Of a stretch of DNA of 64,000 nucleotides, positions 1 to 12,255 are shown one piece after another; positions within the stretch are counted from its first letter, which is position 1, and each line of letters begins with the position of its first letter. Both the position numbers and the translations under genes were made by a program. Under the pieces are notes generated by a model, which saw only the letters and a list, made by a program, of their open reading frames with translations, was not told the origin of the DNA and made no database searches. The stretch covers positions 110,052,001-110,116,000 of the forward strand of contig NC_058372.1 of the NCBI RefSeq assembly GCF_018350175.1, read 5' to 3'. The stretch is from Felis catus (Eukaryota).

Positions 1-807
1 GGAAACACAGCCACATCTGAGATAGAACTCAGGAGGGAGGTGCTGCCTGGGGCTTGGTCATGGAGAGTATATAAGCGGGGAGTGGACGGAAGCCGAAGAC
101 AGGACAAGTGCTGATTGGAGAGAACAGAGTTCTGATACTAGAGACTGGGTAGCTGTGTGACACCATTTTCACCCCTCCCACACATGCGCATACACACCTA
201 CAAGTGTCACAACAATCCACACCAGTAAGGTAGGCAGCACCATCTAGTGGAGAATGGAGCCATTACATTAGGCCCTGCCCAACTGAGCCAACCGCTCTTC
301 AGGAACACAAATCTCTCCACCTACTTAGTTTACAGACTATAAAGTGCTTCATAGTTTGACTTCTAGGGGAAAACAAAGTAATTTCAAATGTATTTCAGGC
401 TGTTCACTGGTCCATCTATTCAATTTTCTTTTTTTTCTCTTTTTTGTTTTTTTTTTCTTTTTCTTGAATGCAGGAAAATATATATTTTTATTTTCAATTT
501 TTATTAAAAATATTTATCATGCCTTTTTTCTACTATATTTTTTACTTTTGTGTAATTTTTCCAAATTCTATTAAACTTCCATCACTTCATTTTATTCTAT
601 TACAGTGTATTCATTTTTCAAATTTTCAAACGATTTCCTTTTTTTTTCCTTTCTCTTTCTTTCTCTAATCTATCAAGACCCTTTCAACACCCAGACCAAA
701 ACACACCTAGGATCTAGCATCATTTATTTGTTTTGTGTGTGTGTGTGTTGTTTTTAATTTTTTAATTTAAATTTTTTAAACTCATTAATTCCTTTTCTCC
801 CTTCAAT

Positions 808-1678
808 ATGACGAAATGAAGGAATTCACCCCAAAAGAGAAGAAATGACAGCCAGGGACTTAACCAACACAGATAAAAGCAAGTTGTCTGAACCAGAATT
901 TAGAATCACAATAGTATGAATACTAGCTGGGGTTGAAAACAGATTAGAATCTCTTTCTGCAGAGATAAAAGAGTAAAAGAAGTAAAAGAAATCTCTTTCT
1001 GCAGGATGAAATAAAATGCTATAACTGACCTACAATCTCAAATGGATGCCATGGCGGCATGGATGGATGAGGCAGAACAGAGAATCAGTGACATAGAGGA
1101 CAAACTTAAGGAGAACAATGAAGCAGAAAAAAGAGGGAGACTAAGGCAAAAAGTATGATTTAAGAATCAGTGACTCATCAAAAAGGAACATTAGAATCAT
1201 AGGGGTTCCAGAAGATGAAGAGAGAGAAAAAGGGGTAGAAATATTATGTGAGCAAATCATAGCAGAAAACTTTCCTAACCTGGGGAAAGACACAGACATC
1301 AAAATCCAGGAAGCCCAGAGGACTCCCATTAGATTCAACAAAAACCGACTATCAACAAGGCATATCATAGTCAAATTCACAAAATACTCAGGCAAGGAAA
1401 TAATCATGAAAACAGCAAGGGAATAAAGTCCTTAACCTACAAGGGAAGACAGATCAGGTTTGCAGCAAGACCTATCTACAGAAACTTGGCAGGCCAGAAA
1501 GGAGTGGCAGGATATATTCAATGTGCTGGATCAGAAAAATATGCAGCCAAGAATTCTTTATCCAGCAAGACTGTCATTCAAAATAAGAGAGATTAACGGT
1601 TTCCCAGACAAACAAAAATTAAAGGAGTTCATGAGCACTAAACCAGCCCTACAAGAAATTTTAAGGGGGACTCTCTGA
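808..1678 (+). pseudogene. L1 ORF1p remnant
   Basis: ATG at 808 followed by TGA at codon 4; the C-terminal part (DLSTETWQARKEWQDIFNVL...PRILYPARLSF...KPALQEILRGTL*) is typical L1 ORF1p. Confidence 0.92.
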
Positions 1679-2288
1679 GGGGAGAAAAGATGAAATAAAT
1701 AAATAAATAAATAAATAAATACCCAAACCAGCAAAGACTAGAAAGGACCAGGGAACACCAGAGAAAGGACCAGAAACTCCAACTCTATAAGCAACATAAT
1801 GGCAATAAATTCATATCTTTCAGTACTCACCTTCAACATCAATGGACTAAATGATTCAATCAAAAGGCATAGGGTAACAGAATGGAGAAGAAAACAATAT
1901 CCATCCATATGCGATTTACAAGAGACCCACTTTAGACCCACTAAAGACACCTTCAGATTGAAAGTAAGGGGATCAGAACCATCTATCATGCTAATGGTCG
2001 ACAAAAGAAAGCCGGAGTAGCCATACTTATATCAGACAATATAGACTTTAAAATAAAGACTGTAACAAGACATGAAGAAGGACATTATATCATAATTAAG
2101 GGGTCTATCCACCAAGAAGGCCTAACAATTATAAATATTTATGCTCCAAATGTGAGAGCACCCAAATATATAAATCAATTAATCACAAACATAAAGAAAC
2201 TCATTGATAATAATACCATAATAGTAGGGGACTTCAACACTCCACTTATAGCAACGGACAGATCATCTAATCAAAAAATCAACAAGGA

Positions 2289-2506
2289 GGGGCGCCTGGG
2301 TGGCGCAGTCGGTTAAGCATCCGACTTCAGCCAGGTCACGATCTCGCGGTCCATGAGTTCGAGCCCCGCGTCAGGCTCTGGGCTGATGGCTCAGAGCCTG
2401 GAGCCTGTTTCCGATTCTGTGTCTCCCTCTCTCTCTGCCCCTCCCCCGTTCATGCTCTGTCTCTCTCTGTCCCAAAAATAAATAAACGTTGAAAAAAAAA
2501 TTAAAA
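2289..2506 (+). mobile_element. Young CanSINE (SINEC_Fc) inserted in the L1 ORF2 endonuclease region
   Basis: GGGGCGCCTGGGTGGCGCAGTCGG head, (CT)n body and A-tail; perfect 16-bp TSD AAAAAATCAACAAGGA at 2273-2288 and 2507-2522; CpGs retained. Confidence 0.97.
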
Positions 2507-5500
2507 AAAAAATCAACAAGGAAACAATGGCTTTGAATGACACACTGGACCAGATGGACTTAACAGATATATTCAGAACATTTCATCCTAAAGCAGTGGA
2601 ATATACATTCGTCTCCAGTGTACATGGAACGTTCTCGAGAATAGAAAACATACTGGGACACAAATCAGCCCTCAACAAGTACAAAAAGATCAAGATCATA
2701 CTGTGCATATTTTTAGACCACAACATTATGAAACTCAAAATCAACCACAAGAAAAAATTTGGAAGGTAACAAGTACTTGGAGACTAAAGAACATCCTACT
2801 AAAGAATGAATGGGCTAACCAAGAAGATAAAGAGGAAATTAAAAAGTACATGGAAGTCAATGCAAATGAAAACACAACAGCACCAAACCTCTGGGACGCA
2901 GCAAAGGCGGTCATAAGAGGAAAGTATATAGCAATCCAGGCCTTCCTAAAGAAGGAAGAAAGGTCTTAGATATACAACCTAATCTACACCTTAAAGGTCT
3001 GGAAAAAGAATAGCAAATAAAATGCCAAACCAGCAGAAGACAGAGAATAATAAAGATTAATGCTATAGAAACCAAAAAAACCCAGTAGAACAGATCAATG
3101 AAACCAGAAGCTGGTTCTTTGAAAGAATTAACAAAATTGATACACCACCACCCAGTTTGACAAAAAGAAAAAGAAAAGGATCCAAATAATAGAATCAAGA
3201 ATGAAAGAGGAGAGATCACAACCAACACAGCAGAAATACAAACAATAAGAAAATACTATGAGCAATTATACGCCAATAAAATGGGCAATCTGGAAGAAAT
3301 TGAAAAATTTCTAGAAACATATACACTGCCAAAATGGAAACATGAAGAAATAGAAAATTTGAGCAAGACCTATAACCAGTAAGGAAATTGAATTAGTAAT
3401 CAAAAACTGCCAAAAAACAAGAGTCCAGGGCAAGAATGTTTTCCAGGGGAATTCTAGCAAACATTTAAGGAAGAGTTAACACCTATTCTCTTGAAGCTGT
3501 TCCCAAAAATAGAAATGGAAGGAAAACTTCCAAACTCTTTCTATGAAGCCAGCATTAACTTGATTCCCAAACCAGAGACCCCACTAAAAAGGAGAACTAC
3601 AGACCAATTTCCCTGATGAACATGGATGCAAAAACTCTCAACAAGATATTAGTCAACTGGATGCAACAATACATTAAAAAAATTATTCACCACGACCAAG
3701 TGGGATTTACACCTGGGATGCAGGGCTGGTTCAACGTCCACGAAACAATTAATGTGATTCATCACACCAATAAAAGAAAGGACAAGAACCATATGATCCT
3801 CTCAACAGATGCAGAGAAAGCATTTGACAAAATACAGCATCCTTTCCTGATAAAACCCCTCAAGAAAGTATGGATAGAAGGATCATACCTCAAGATCATA
3901 AAAGCCATATATTAAAGACCCAACCCTAATATCGTCCTCAATGGGGAAAAACTTAGAGCTTTCCCCCTAAAGTCAGGAACAAGACAAGTCTCACCACTGT
4001 TATTCAACATAGTATTGGAAGTCTTAGTTTCAGCCATCAGACAACATAAAGAAATAAAAGGCATGCAAATTGGCCAGGAGGAGGTCAAATTTTCACTCTT
4101 TGCAGATGACATGATACTCTCTTTGGAAAACCCAAAAGATTCCACCAAAAAACTTCTAGAACTGATTCATGAATTTGGCAAAATTGCAGGATATAAAATC
4201 AATGCACCAACAGTGAGGCAACAGAAAGAGAAATCAAGGAATTGATTCCATTTACAATTGCACCAAAATCCATAAAATACTTAGGAATAAATCTAACCAA
4301 AGAGGTGAAAATCTATACACTGAAAACTATAGAAAGCTTATGAAAGAAGTTAAAGAAGACACAAAAAAGATGGAAAAATATTCCACGCTCCTGGATAGGA
4401 TGAACAAATATTGTTAAAATGTCAATACTACCCAAAGCAATCTACATATTCAATGCAATCCCCATCAAAATAACACCAGCATTATTCACAGACCTAGAAC
4501 AAACCATCCTAAAATTTGTAGGGAACCAGAAAAGACCCCGAATAGTCAAAGCAATCTTGAAAAAGAAAACCAAAGCAGGAGGCATCACAATCCCAGACTT
4601 TAAGCTATACTACAAAGCTCTAATCATCAAGACAATATGGTACTGGCACAAGAGCAGACACTCAGATCAATGGAACAGAATAGAGAACCCACAAATGGAC
4701 CTACAAACATATGGCCAACTAATCTTTGACAAAGCAGGAAAGAATATCCAATGGGATAAAAACAGTCTCTTCAGCAAGTGGTGTTGGGAAATCTGGACAA
4801 CGACATGCAGAAGAATGAACCTGGACCACTTTCTTACACCATACACAAAAATAAACTCAAAATGGTTGAAAGACCTCAATGTAAGACAGGAAGCCATCAA
4901 AATCCTGAAGGAGAAAGCAGGCAAAAACCTCTTTGACCTTGGCCACAGCAACTTCTTACTCAACATGTCACCCAAGGCAAGGGAAACAAAAGCAAGAATG
5001 AACTACTGGGACGTCATCAAAATAAAAAGCTTCTGCACAGCAAAGGAAACAATCATCAAAACTAAAATGCAACCGACGGAATGGGAGAAGATATTTGCAA
5101 ACAACATATCAGATAAAGGGTTAGTATCCAAAATCTATGAAGAACTGATCAAACTCAACACCCAAAAAACAAATAATCTTATGAAGAAATGGGCAAAAGA
5201 CATGACTAGATACTTCTCCAAAGAAGACATCCAGATGGCCAGCTCACACATGAAAAAATGCTCAACATCATTCATCATCAGAGAAATACAAATCAAAACC
5301 ACAATGAGATACTACCTCACACCTGTCAGAATGGTTAACATTAACAACCCAGGCAACAACAGATGTTGGTGAGGATGTGGAGAAATAGGATCTCTTTTGC
5401 ACTGCTGGTGGGAATGCAAACTGGTGCAGCCACTCTGTAAAACAATATGGAGGTTCCTCAAAAAATTAAAAATAGGAATACCCTATGACCCAGCAACTGC

Positions 5501-5646
5501 ACTACTAGGTATTTATCCAAGGATACAGGTGTGCTGTTTCAAATGGGCACATGCCCCCAATGTTTATGGCAGCACTATCAACAATAGCCAAAGTATGGAA
5601 ATAGTCCAAATGTCCATTGATGGATGAATGGATAAAGAAGATGTGG

Positions 5647-5650
<4 letters not shown>

Positions 5651-5696
<46 letters not shown>
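5651..5696. repeat. (CA)23 microsatellite inside the 3' part of L1 ORF2
   Basis: Perfect CA run between ATGTGGTATA and ATGGAGTATT; the homologous site in the other L1 (~29560-29580) has only TTTATATATACA. Confidence 0.97.
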
Positions 5697-5698
<2 letters not shown>

Positions 5699-6073
5699 GG
5701 AGTATTATTCAGCAATCAAAAAGAATGAAATCTTGCCATTTGCAACTATGTGGATGGAACTGGAGGGTATTATGCTAAGTGAAATTAACAGAGAAAGACA
5801 AATATCATGTAACTTCACTCATAGGACTTTAAGACAGAGAACAGATGAACACAAGGAAAGGGAAGCAAAAATAATATAAAAACAGGGAGGGGGACAAAAC
5901 ATAAGAGACTCTTAAACATGGAGAACAAACAGAGGGTTACTAGAGGGTTTGTGGGAGGGGAGATGGGCTAAATGGGTAAGGGGCATTAAGAAATGTACTT
6001 CTGAAATCATTGTTGCACTATATGCCAACAACTTGGATGTAAATTAAAAAAAATTACAAAAAAAAAAAGAAAG

Positions 6074-6240
6074 AAATGCTGGGGAATTAACATACCCCAG
6101 GGACAGCCCTCAAATAATGACTGATGGGAGTTGATGAATATGTATAATTTGAGGCATGTGTTTTATACTATCATCTGCAAGATTATGCTCGAGTCATCTA
6201 CCCACTGCTACCCACTGGTTGTAGCTGGCTTCATATGCAT
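6074..6240 (+). mobile_element. ERVL LTR16-type LTR fragment, part 1
   Basis: GGGGAATTAACATACCCCAGGGACAGCCCTCAAATAATGACTGATGGGAGTTG resembles the LTR16 core as I recall it; continues at 6985. Confidence 0.65.
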
Positions 6241-6242
6241 TC

Positions 6243-6982
6243 TTTTATTTCTACATTTTAATTGAGATATAATTGACAATAATATTGTACAAGTTTAAGG
6301 TGTACAACATGATGATTTGATATAGGAATATATTGCAAAATGATTACCACAAAAGATTAGTTAACATATCTATCACATTGTATAGCTACCTTTTATTGTG
6401 TGTATGGGGAGAACTTTTAAGATCTACTATCTTAGCAATTTTCAAGTATATAATACAGTATTAACTATTGTCAACATGCTGTACATTAGATTCCCAGAAC
6501 TTATTATCTTCTAATTGGAAATTTGTACCTTTTGACCACCTTTGCCCATTTTCCCCACCCTCTCACCCCTGGCAAACCAATCTATTCTCTGCTTCTGAGT
6601 TTAGTTTTTTTTTTTTAGAGCCCACATGTAAATGAGATCATAGATTACTTGTCTTTCTCTGTTTTACTTCAATTAGTATAATGCCCTTTAGGTTCATCCA
6701 TGTTGTCACAAATGGCAGGATTTCCACATTTCCTTCTTTTTTTATGGCTGAATAGTATTTATTATACATATACCACATTTTTTATCCATTCGTCATTTGA
6801 CACGTAGGCTGTTTCCACACTATGGCTATTGAATGAATGTTGTAATGAACATGGGAGTGCAGACATCTCTCTGAGACAGTGATTTCATTTCCATCAGATA
6901 TATACCCAGAAGGGATTGCTGGATCATTTTAATTTATTGAGGAATCTCTATACTGTTTTCCATAGTGGCAGCACCAATTTAT
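6243..6982 (-). mobile_element. Old L1 (L1MA/L1MB-type) 3' end
   Basis: Reverse-complement L1 3'UTR and ORF2 end: TTTAAGGTGTACAACATGATG..., TTCATCCATGTTGTCACAAATGGCAGGATTTCC..., ACTGTTTTCCATAGTGGC. Confidence 0.9.
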
Positions 6983-6984
6983 AG

Positions 6985-7124
6985 AACACACTCTTGATCC
7001 ACTGTCTTCTCTTCCCTGTCTTGTTTCCCCCCTCTGCCAAAGTCCTTTGTATCCTACAGACAAACTACTTATACTTGAAACCTCATCTCAGAGTCTATTT
7101 TTGGAAGGACACAAGATAAAACAC
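6985..7124 (+). mobile_element. ERVL LTR16-type LTR fragment, part 2 (3' end)
   Basis: CTTCTCTTCCCTGTCT...AAACTACTTATACTTGAAACCTCATCTCAGAGTCTATTTTTGGAAGGACAC...AAACA matches the recalled LTR16 3' terminus. Confidence 0.65.
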
Positions 7125-7149
7125 CAGGATTAGTTATCTTCACTTAATT

Positions 7150-8110
7150 TTTAAATTGGCTAACTCAATAGGAAATGAGTTATTGATTATTTGTATCAAC
7201 ATAGGTAAATCTCAAAATATATTATTAAATGAAAGAAGCAAATTTAGAGAATTCATAAGTAGGGTAGTATTTGTGAAAAAAATAGCATACACAAAACAAT
7301 TTTATGTATGCAAAGCAATGCCATATATGCAAAAATTGTATAAATGTAACATGGTATAAAATTTATAACAAAATATATGACGGAAGATTCTTGGGAATGG
7401 TAAATCCAAAATTAGAGTTGCGAAACCTCTAGAGAGAAGGAAGGGGAATGTTATTTGGGAGGGTTACACAGGCTTGGTATATTTTATTTTTTAAGCTGTA
7501 TTATAGCTCTGTGTATTTATATCATTCCATATGTCTGAAATAAGTTGTTATGATTACCTACCTATATAAAGTAAAACAAAATGCTTGTAAAGAAAATTCA
7601 TATAATACTTTAAAAGAAATGTTCATTTAATACTTAAAGAAACCTGGGTGTTATATTGTAAGTGATGAATCATTAAATTCTATGACTGAAACTAATATTA
7701 TACTATATGTTAATAAGTGGAATTTAATTAAAAACTTGAAACTAAAAAAATAAAGTTAACTTTAAAAAAACTGCAAAGAAACCTTTACAAAGTACAAAAG
7801 ACAAATAAATTTAAGTCTAATAGAATTGACTTTTAAAAATATAAATGTTAAGATACTGTAATGGAGGATATATGTCATCATGCATTTGTCCAAACCCTTA
7901 GAAAGTACACCATCAAGAGAGCCCTAATATCAACTATAGTATTTGAGTAATAATGATGTCAATGTAGGAGCATCCTTTGTAACAAGTGTACCATTCTTCT
8001 GGGGCATGTTGATAAGAAACAGGCTATGCATGTGTGGGAGCAGAAGGAATATGGGACATTTGTATTTTCTGCTCAATTTTTCTGTGAATCTGAAACTGCT
8101 CTAAAAAATT
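7150..8110 (+). mobile_element. Cluster of degraded L1 3'-end fragments (L1ME-like 7150-7540, carnivore L1 tail ~7642-7770, L1MC-like 7850-8110)
   Basis: Motifs such as GTAAGTGATGAATCATTAAATTCTA...GAAACTAATATTATACTATATGTTAA and GTCATCATGCATTTGTCCAAACCC...TCTGCTCAATTTTTCTGTGAATCTGAAACTGCTCTAAAAAAT. Confidence 0.7.
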
Positions 8111-8276
8111 CATCTACTAAAATGGACCAAAAAGTGAAATTTTATGTCAAAAAAATTGAAACAAGATTGTCTAAACTAGGAAACCACCACAAATATTATA
8201 TTCATAGTATGTAGAAGTTACACAAATCAATATGAAAAACACAAAGGCCCTAATGGAAAAAGAAAATGAACACAGA

Positions 8277-8490
8277 ATTGCCTGGGTGGCTCAGTGGGTT
8301 GAATGTCTGACTCTTGGTATCAGCTTAGGTCATGACCTTGAGGTTTGTGGGATCAAGCTGTGAGTGAGTCTGGCTCTGTGCTGATGGCAGGGAGTCTACT
8401 TGGGATTCTCTCTCTCCTCCTCTTTCTGCTCCTCCCATGGTTATGCTCTCTCTCTCTCTCTCAAAATAAATAAATAAACTTAAAAAAAAA
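8277..8490 (+). mobile_element. CanSINE (older)
   Basis: GCCTGGGTGGCTCAG head, (CT)n, AAAATAAATAAATAAACTTAAAAA tail. Confidence 0.93.
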
Positions 8491-8789
8491 CAAGCATAGG
8501 AACAGGAAATTCTCCAACAGGAGTAAAAATGGCTATGAAACTAGTTAACCAATTTGTAGTTAACTTCACTAGTAATCAAAGAAAAGAATAATAGGAGAAG
8601 AAAAATAGGAGTTAAAATATTCATCTCTAAAAATGGCAAAGGCTTAAATCTTGATGACTTTTAGTGCCAATTAGGAGGTAGACACACTCTCAAATGTGCT
8701 CAAAACATTTTAGAAAGTTGGTCCCTTTGCCTCAATAATTTGTCTTCTTGGATTCAGTTGTAAAGGTTCAATCAAGGCTGTAGTTTTCC

Positions 8790-9030
8790 TAGTCAGAGAG
8801 AAGCTGGAGCACCAGACAAGTTTGGGCTCACATATCTCCTCTACTTCCTAATGATTGTGTGACTTAGGGTAAGTTATTTCTTTCTTCTCACTGAACCTAT
8901 TTCCTCAACTGTAAATGTGGATAACTATATCTGTCTTACAGAAAATCATGAAGATTAAATTAAATAATGTAATTAACAACTTGGTATAGGGTTGAACATT
9001 TAGAGTTATTTACCTGATAGCTATTTTATT
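8790..9030 (+). mobile_element. MIR fragment
   Basis: TGTGTGACTTAGGGTAAGTTATTT...CTGAACCTATTTCCTCAACTGTAAATGTGGATAA core. Confidence 0.7.
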
Positions 9031-9216
9031 ATAGTGATATTTTTTGCAGAAATATACATAATCTTAAAATTTTGGACATTACCTATAGGTCTAATATACA
9101 GAAGGGCAGGCAAAAATATGGTTTTCAGAGAACAGATGTGGCCATTAAAGATATTTCTAGAAATGTTTAATGAGAAAGAATATTCTCATGTTAAATGAAA
9201 GAAAAAAATAGACCAT

Positions 9217-9443
9217 AGGACTCCTGGATCAGCTGAGTATCCGACTTCGCTCAGGTCACGATCTCATGGTTCATGGGTTTGAGCTCTGCATCGGGCTCTA
9301 TGCCGACAGCTCAGAGCCTGGATCCTGCTTCAGATTCTGTGTCTCCCTCTCTCTCTGCCTCTCCCCTGCTCGGGGCTCTGTCTCTTGTCTCTGTCTCTTT
9401 CTCTGTCTCTCTCTCAGAAATAAATATTAAAAGAGAAAAAAAA
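9217..9443 (+). mobile_element. CanSINE
   Basis: SINE body with damaged head; TSD AAAAAAATAGACCA at ~9202-9215 and ~9437-9450. Confidence 0.93.
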
Positions 9444-10591
9444 TAGACCAGCATACAAAGCTGTACATAAATTATGATCTCATGTATCAAAACATATGCA
9501 GGAAATACACCCAAATTAACAGTAGTATTTCTAGACTACAGAATTATGAATGACCTTTTTTCTTCTTTATGCTTTTTGGTATTTCCAAGTCTTCTACCAT
9601 GAACAGCATTACTTTCAGAAGCATAAAAAGTCAAAGATAATATGATGGAAAAGAATGTAATTTAATTTTATGCAAATATAAGTACCTTATAAGAAGTATT
9701 ACTGACAACATTTCTTGAAAAAGATATATTTAACATATTGCATACTGATTTTTTTAATCATATGATATATTGTCTCATGCCCTTTAAAATTAACTTTAAC
9801 TTGCTTGGCTTTATGTGTGATTAAACAAATTGAAAACTACCAGAAAGAGAGAGAATCAAGGAAATAAATATGATATTTTAAGCATAATTTTTCTAAAGCA
9901 CTTTAGCCTGAATGGCCATTAGGTCTAACAGTAGCGTTTGCACATCCATTTGTTCACATATTTATTCATTAAACATTAGGCCACATATTATGTGTCAGGT
10001 ACTGTGCCAGGAATGAGGCATTTAGGAATTAATATGGGATGGTCCCTGTCTCCAAGGATCTCACACTTCAATAGACAATGACTGCACTATAACATTATAT
10101 ATGGTTTACATTAAAAAGTGCTGTGGGTACATAAAAGCAGAAGCTACTTGTGGTTTGATCAAAGGCATTTGTCAGACAGTATCATAAGTATATTTTAATA
10201 TTAGGAATTCTAGTAAAATTAGATTAAAACCTGACCTATATTACTTTAAGTAAAGAAACCTATGGAGGGATAACTTTTCCTGAGATGATGGAGACAGGGT
10301 TGGAGAAATGTTAAAGTAAAAGGAATAAAGTTACAAAATCCTAACTATGGACCTTGAATTTGGGCTTATTTTGTCTATACGTTGTCCTAGGAGTTTATAG
10401 TTTCACTGTTTTCAAACAGATTTGTTGAACAGAGGTGATAAAGATTTTCAGGTTTGTGAAGTCATCAGATCTTTCCAGAAAAACAAATATCAATGAAAAA
10501 AGAAATATAGAAAACAGCACTGAGGAAAAATAGAATTATTTCTTATTTTAAATGCAGAAGACAAAAATTTATTTAAAATGCATTAACTGGA

Positions 10592-10785
10592 GGTGGTGCC
10601 TGGGTGGCTCAGTCAGTTAAGCATCTGATTCTTGATTTTGGCTCAGGTCATGATCTCATGGTTTGTGAATTCGAGCCCTGTGTTGGGGCTCTGTGTTGGT
10701 ACAGACCCTGCTTAGGATTCTCTCTTCTTCCCTCTCTGCCTCACCTCCCCCCAGGAAATAAATTTTAAAGATTTATGAAAAAAAT
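10592..10785 (+). mobile_element. CanSINE (older)
   Basis: GGTGCCTGGGTGGCTCAGTCAGTTAAGCATCTGA...CTCAGGTCATGATCTC. Confidence 0.92.
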
Positions 10786-11169
10786 AGAATGAAATAGCTG
10801 GAGAGAAATGGAAAAGAGCATATTTAGGGGGAAAAAGATAATCTATTAAATTTAGCATAAAGGTGTAAAACTTTGTGAGCAGGAATTATTTTATGATGGT
10901 GTTAAAACAGAGGAGAAATGTGCTTGGTGAGAAATGAACAAATATTACTTGAGTTAGATGAAAATGTGAATAGTATTTATAAGAGCCAGGAAGATCAATT
11001 CTGCTTCAAACGTGAGTGAAAGGAGACATGGGAGGTATGGACAAAAATAAAATCAGGGTTTAAGCAAGACATTTTGAGAGACTTGGCAAATGAGTTAGCA
11101 TCATGTATGATACTTCATGCTAGCAGGATTGCTAATTCACATGAGTAAAAAAGGGTAATATAATTTCTT

Positions 11170-12255
11170 GACCTCTCCCCCGTGACACCTTTCTAAAATC
11201 TTGAATTCTACTTGTTCAAAATGGAACTTATCAATTTCTCATGCAAAATCATCTGGACTTATCTGTTACTATTAATTACAACACTGATTTTGTAGTCACC
11301 AAGATATCAAACTGTTATTTTGTCTTTTCCATTTCCTACATTCAGTTATATGCCTGGTTGTCCAGGTTCCCTCTGTAAAATCAATCCTTACTTCCTTTTG
11401 TTTCCAAGGTCACTACCCTAATCTTGGTCTCTGTCGGTTCCTGCCTGGGCTCTGAGAGCCTGCCTCTCTTTCCCACAATGTACACGGTTGATGATGTAAT
11501 CTTTTGATGGTTAGATCTGATCATATTTCTCCACCTGCTCAAACCCCTTCCAAGATTTGTTACTTCAGAATAGTCAGGAGTTTAAGGCTACCATAGCTTA
11601 CCTACAACCTACTTTCTCAGGTTTATTTCAAATTATTTTCTCATTGACTTCTTATATTCTAATCACATTGGACTTTTCATTGATGCACAACCATGCTTTT
11701 CCACCTCCATATCTTTGCATTTGTATTTTCTTTGCATGAAATATCCTCCTTTCCCCCTTCTAGCCTATATTCCCTAACGTATTCTTCAAGAGCCATCTTT
11801 ATTTATTTTATTACTATTATTTAAAAAAATTTTTTTAAGTTGTTTTGGGAGAGAGAGAGACAGACAGACAGACAGAGCACAAACGGGTGAGGGGCAGAGA
11901 CAGAGAGGGAGACACAGAATCCAAAGCAGGCTCCAGGCTCTGAGCTGTCAGCACAGAGCCTGACGTGGGGCTCAAACTCATGGACTGTGAGATCATGACC
12001 TGAGCCAAAGTGATGCTTAACCGACTGAGCCACCCAGGCACCCCAATCACTTGGAAATGTTTTCTCATTTAAAGTCTCTTCCTATTATTTTTTAATGCCA
12101 CTTCCTTTACTCTATCTTCTCTTACAAGAATATATTAATTATTTTTATTCCCCATAAAAGACTATAGTCTTTTACAGAGCAGAGATTTGTGTATTCATTT
12201 TTATGGCTCTTTACACCAGATTAGGCACTCAGTAAATATTTCTTGAAATGAATAT
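11170..12255 (+). mobile_element. Degraded L2 3' region, split by a SINE
   Basis: ATCTGATCATATTTCTCCACCTGCTCAAACCCCTTCCAA and terminal TAGGCACTCAGTAAATATTTCTTGAAATGAAT, both L2-like. Confidence 0.65.
11798..12044 (-). mobile_element. CanSINE
   Basis: T-rich tail, GAGAGAGACAGA, ...ACTGAGCCACCCAGGCACCCC. Confidence 0.94.

Larger units (their letters stand above)
1799..5830 (+). pseudogene. L1 ORF2p remnant (endonuclease/reverse transcriptase), broken by a SINE, stops, indels and a (CA)n
   Basis: ORF fragments 1799-2020, 2527-2769, 2703-2969, 3616-3915, 4015-4245, 4419-5372 and 5397-5627 translate to consecutive parts of L1 ORF2p. Confidence 0.95.
1..6073 (+). mobile_element. Near-full-length felid/carnivore LINE-1 (L1_Fc-like), inactive; 5' end runs off the window
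   Basis: 5'UTR with T-rich tract (~420-800), ORF1 remnant, spacer with (TAAA)n, ORF2 remnants with EN (TFNINGLN, IVGDFNTPL), RT (FADDMIL) and Cys-rich C-terminal motifs, then 3'UTR and poly-A at ~6046-6073. Many stops and frameshifts. Confidence 0.97.

Noticed and set aside
344..800. Phe-rich, membrane-like ORFs
   Set aside because: Translation of the T-rich tract in the carnivore L1 5'UTR.
4419..5372. 317-aa ORF, the longest in the window
   Set aside because: It is a residual L1 ORF2 segment. The EN and RT regions upstream are broken, so a surviving stretch is expected in a fairly young copy and is not evidence of domestication.
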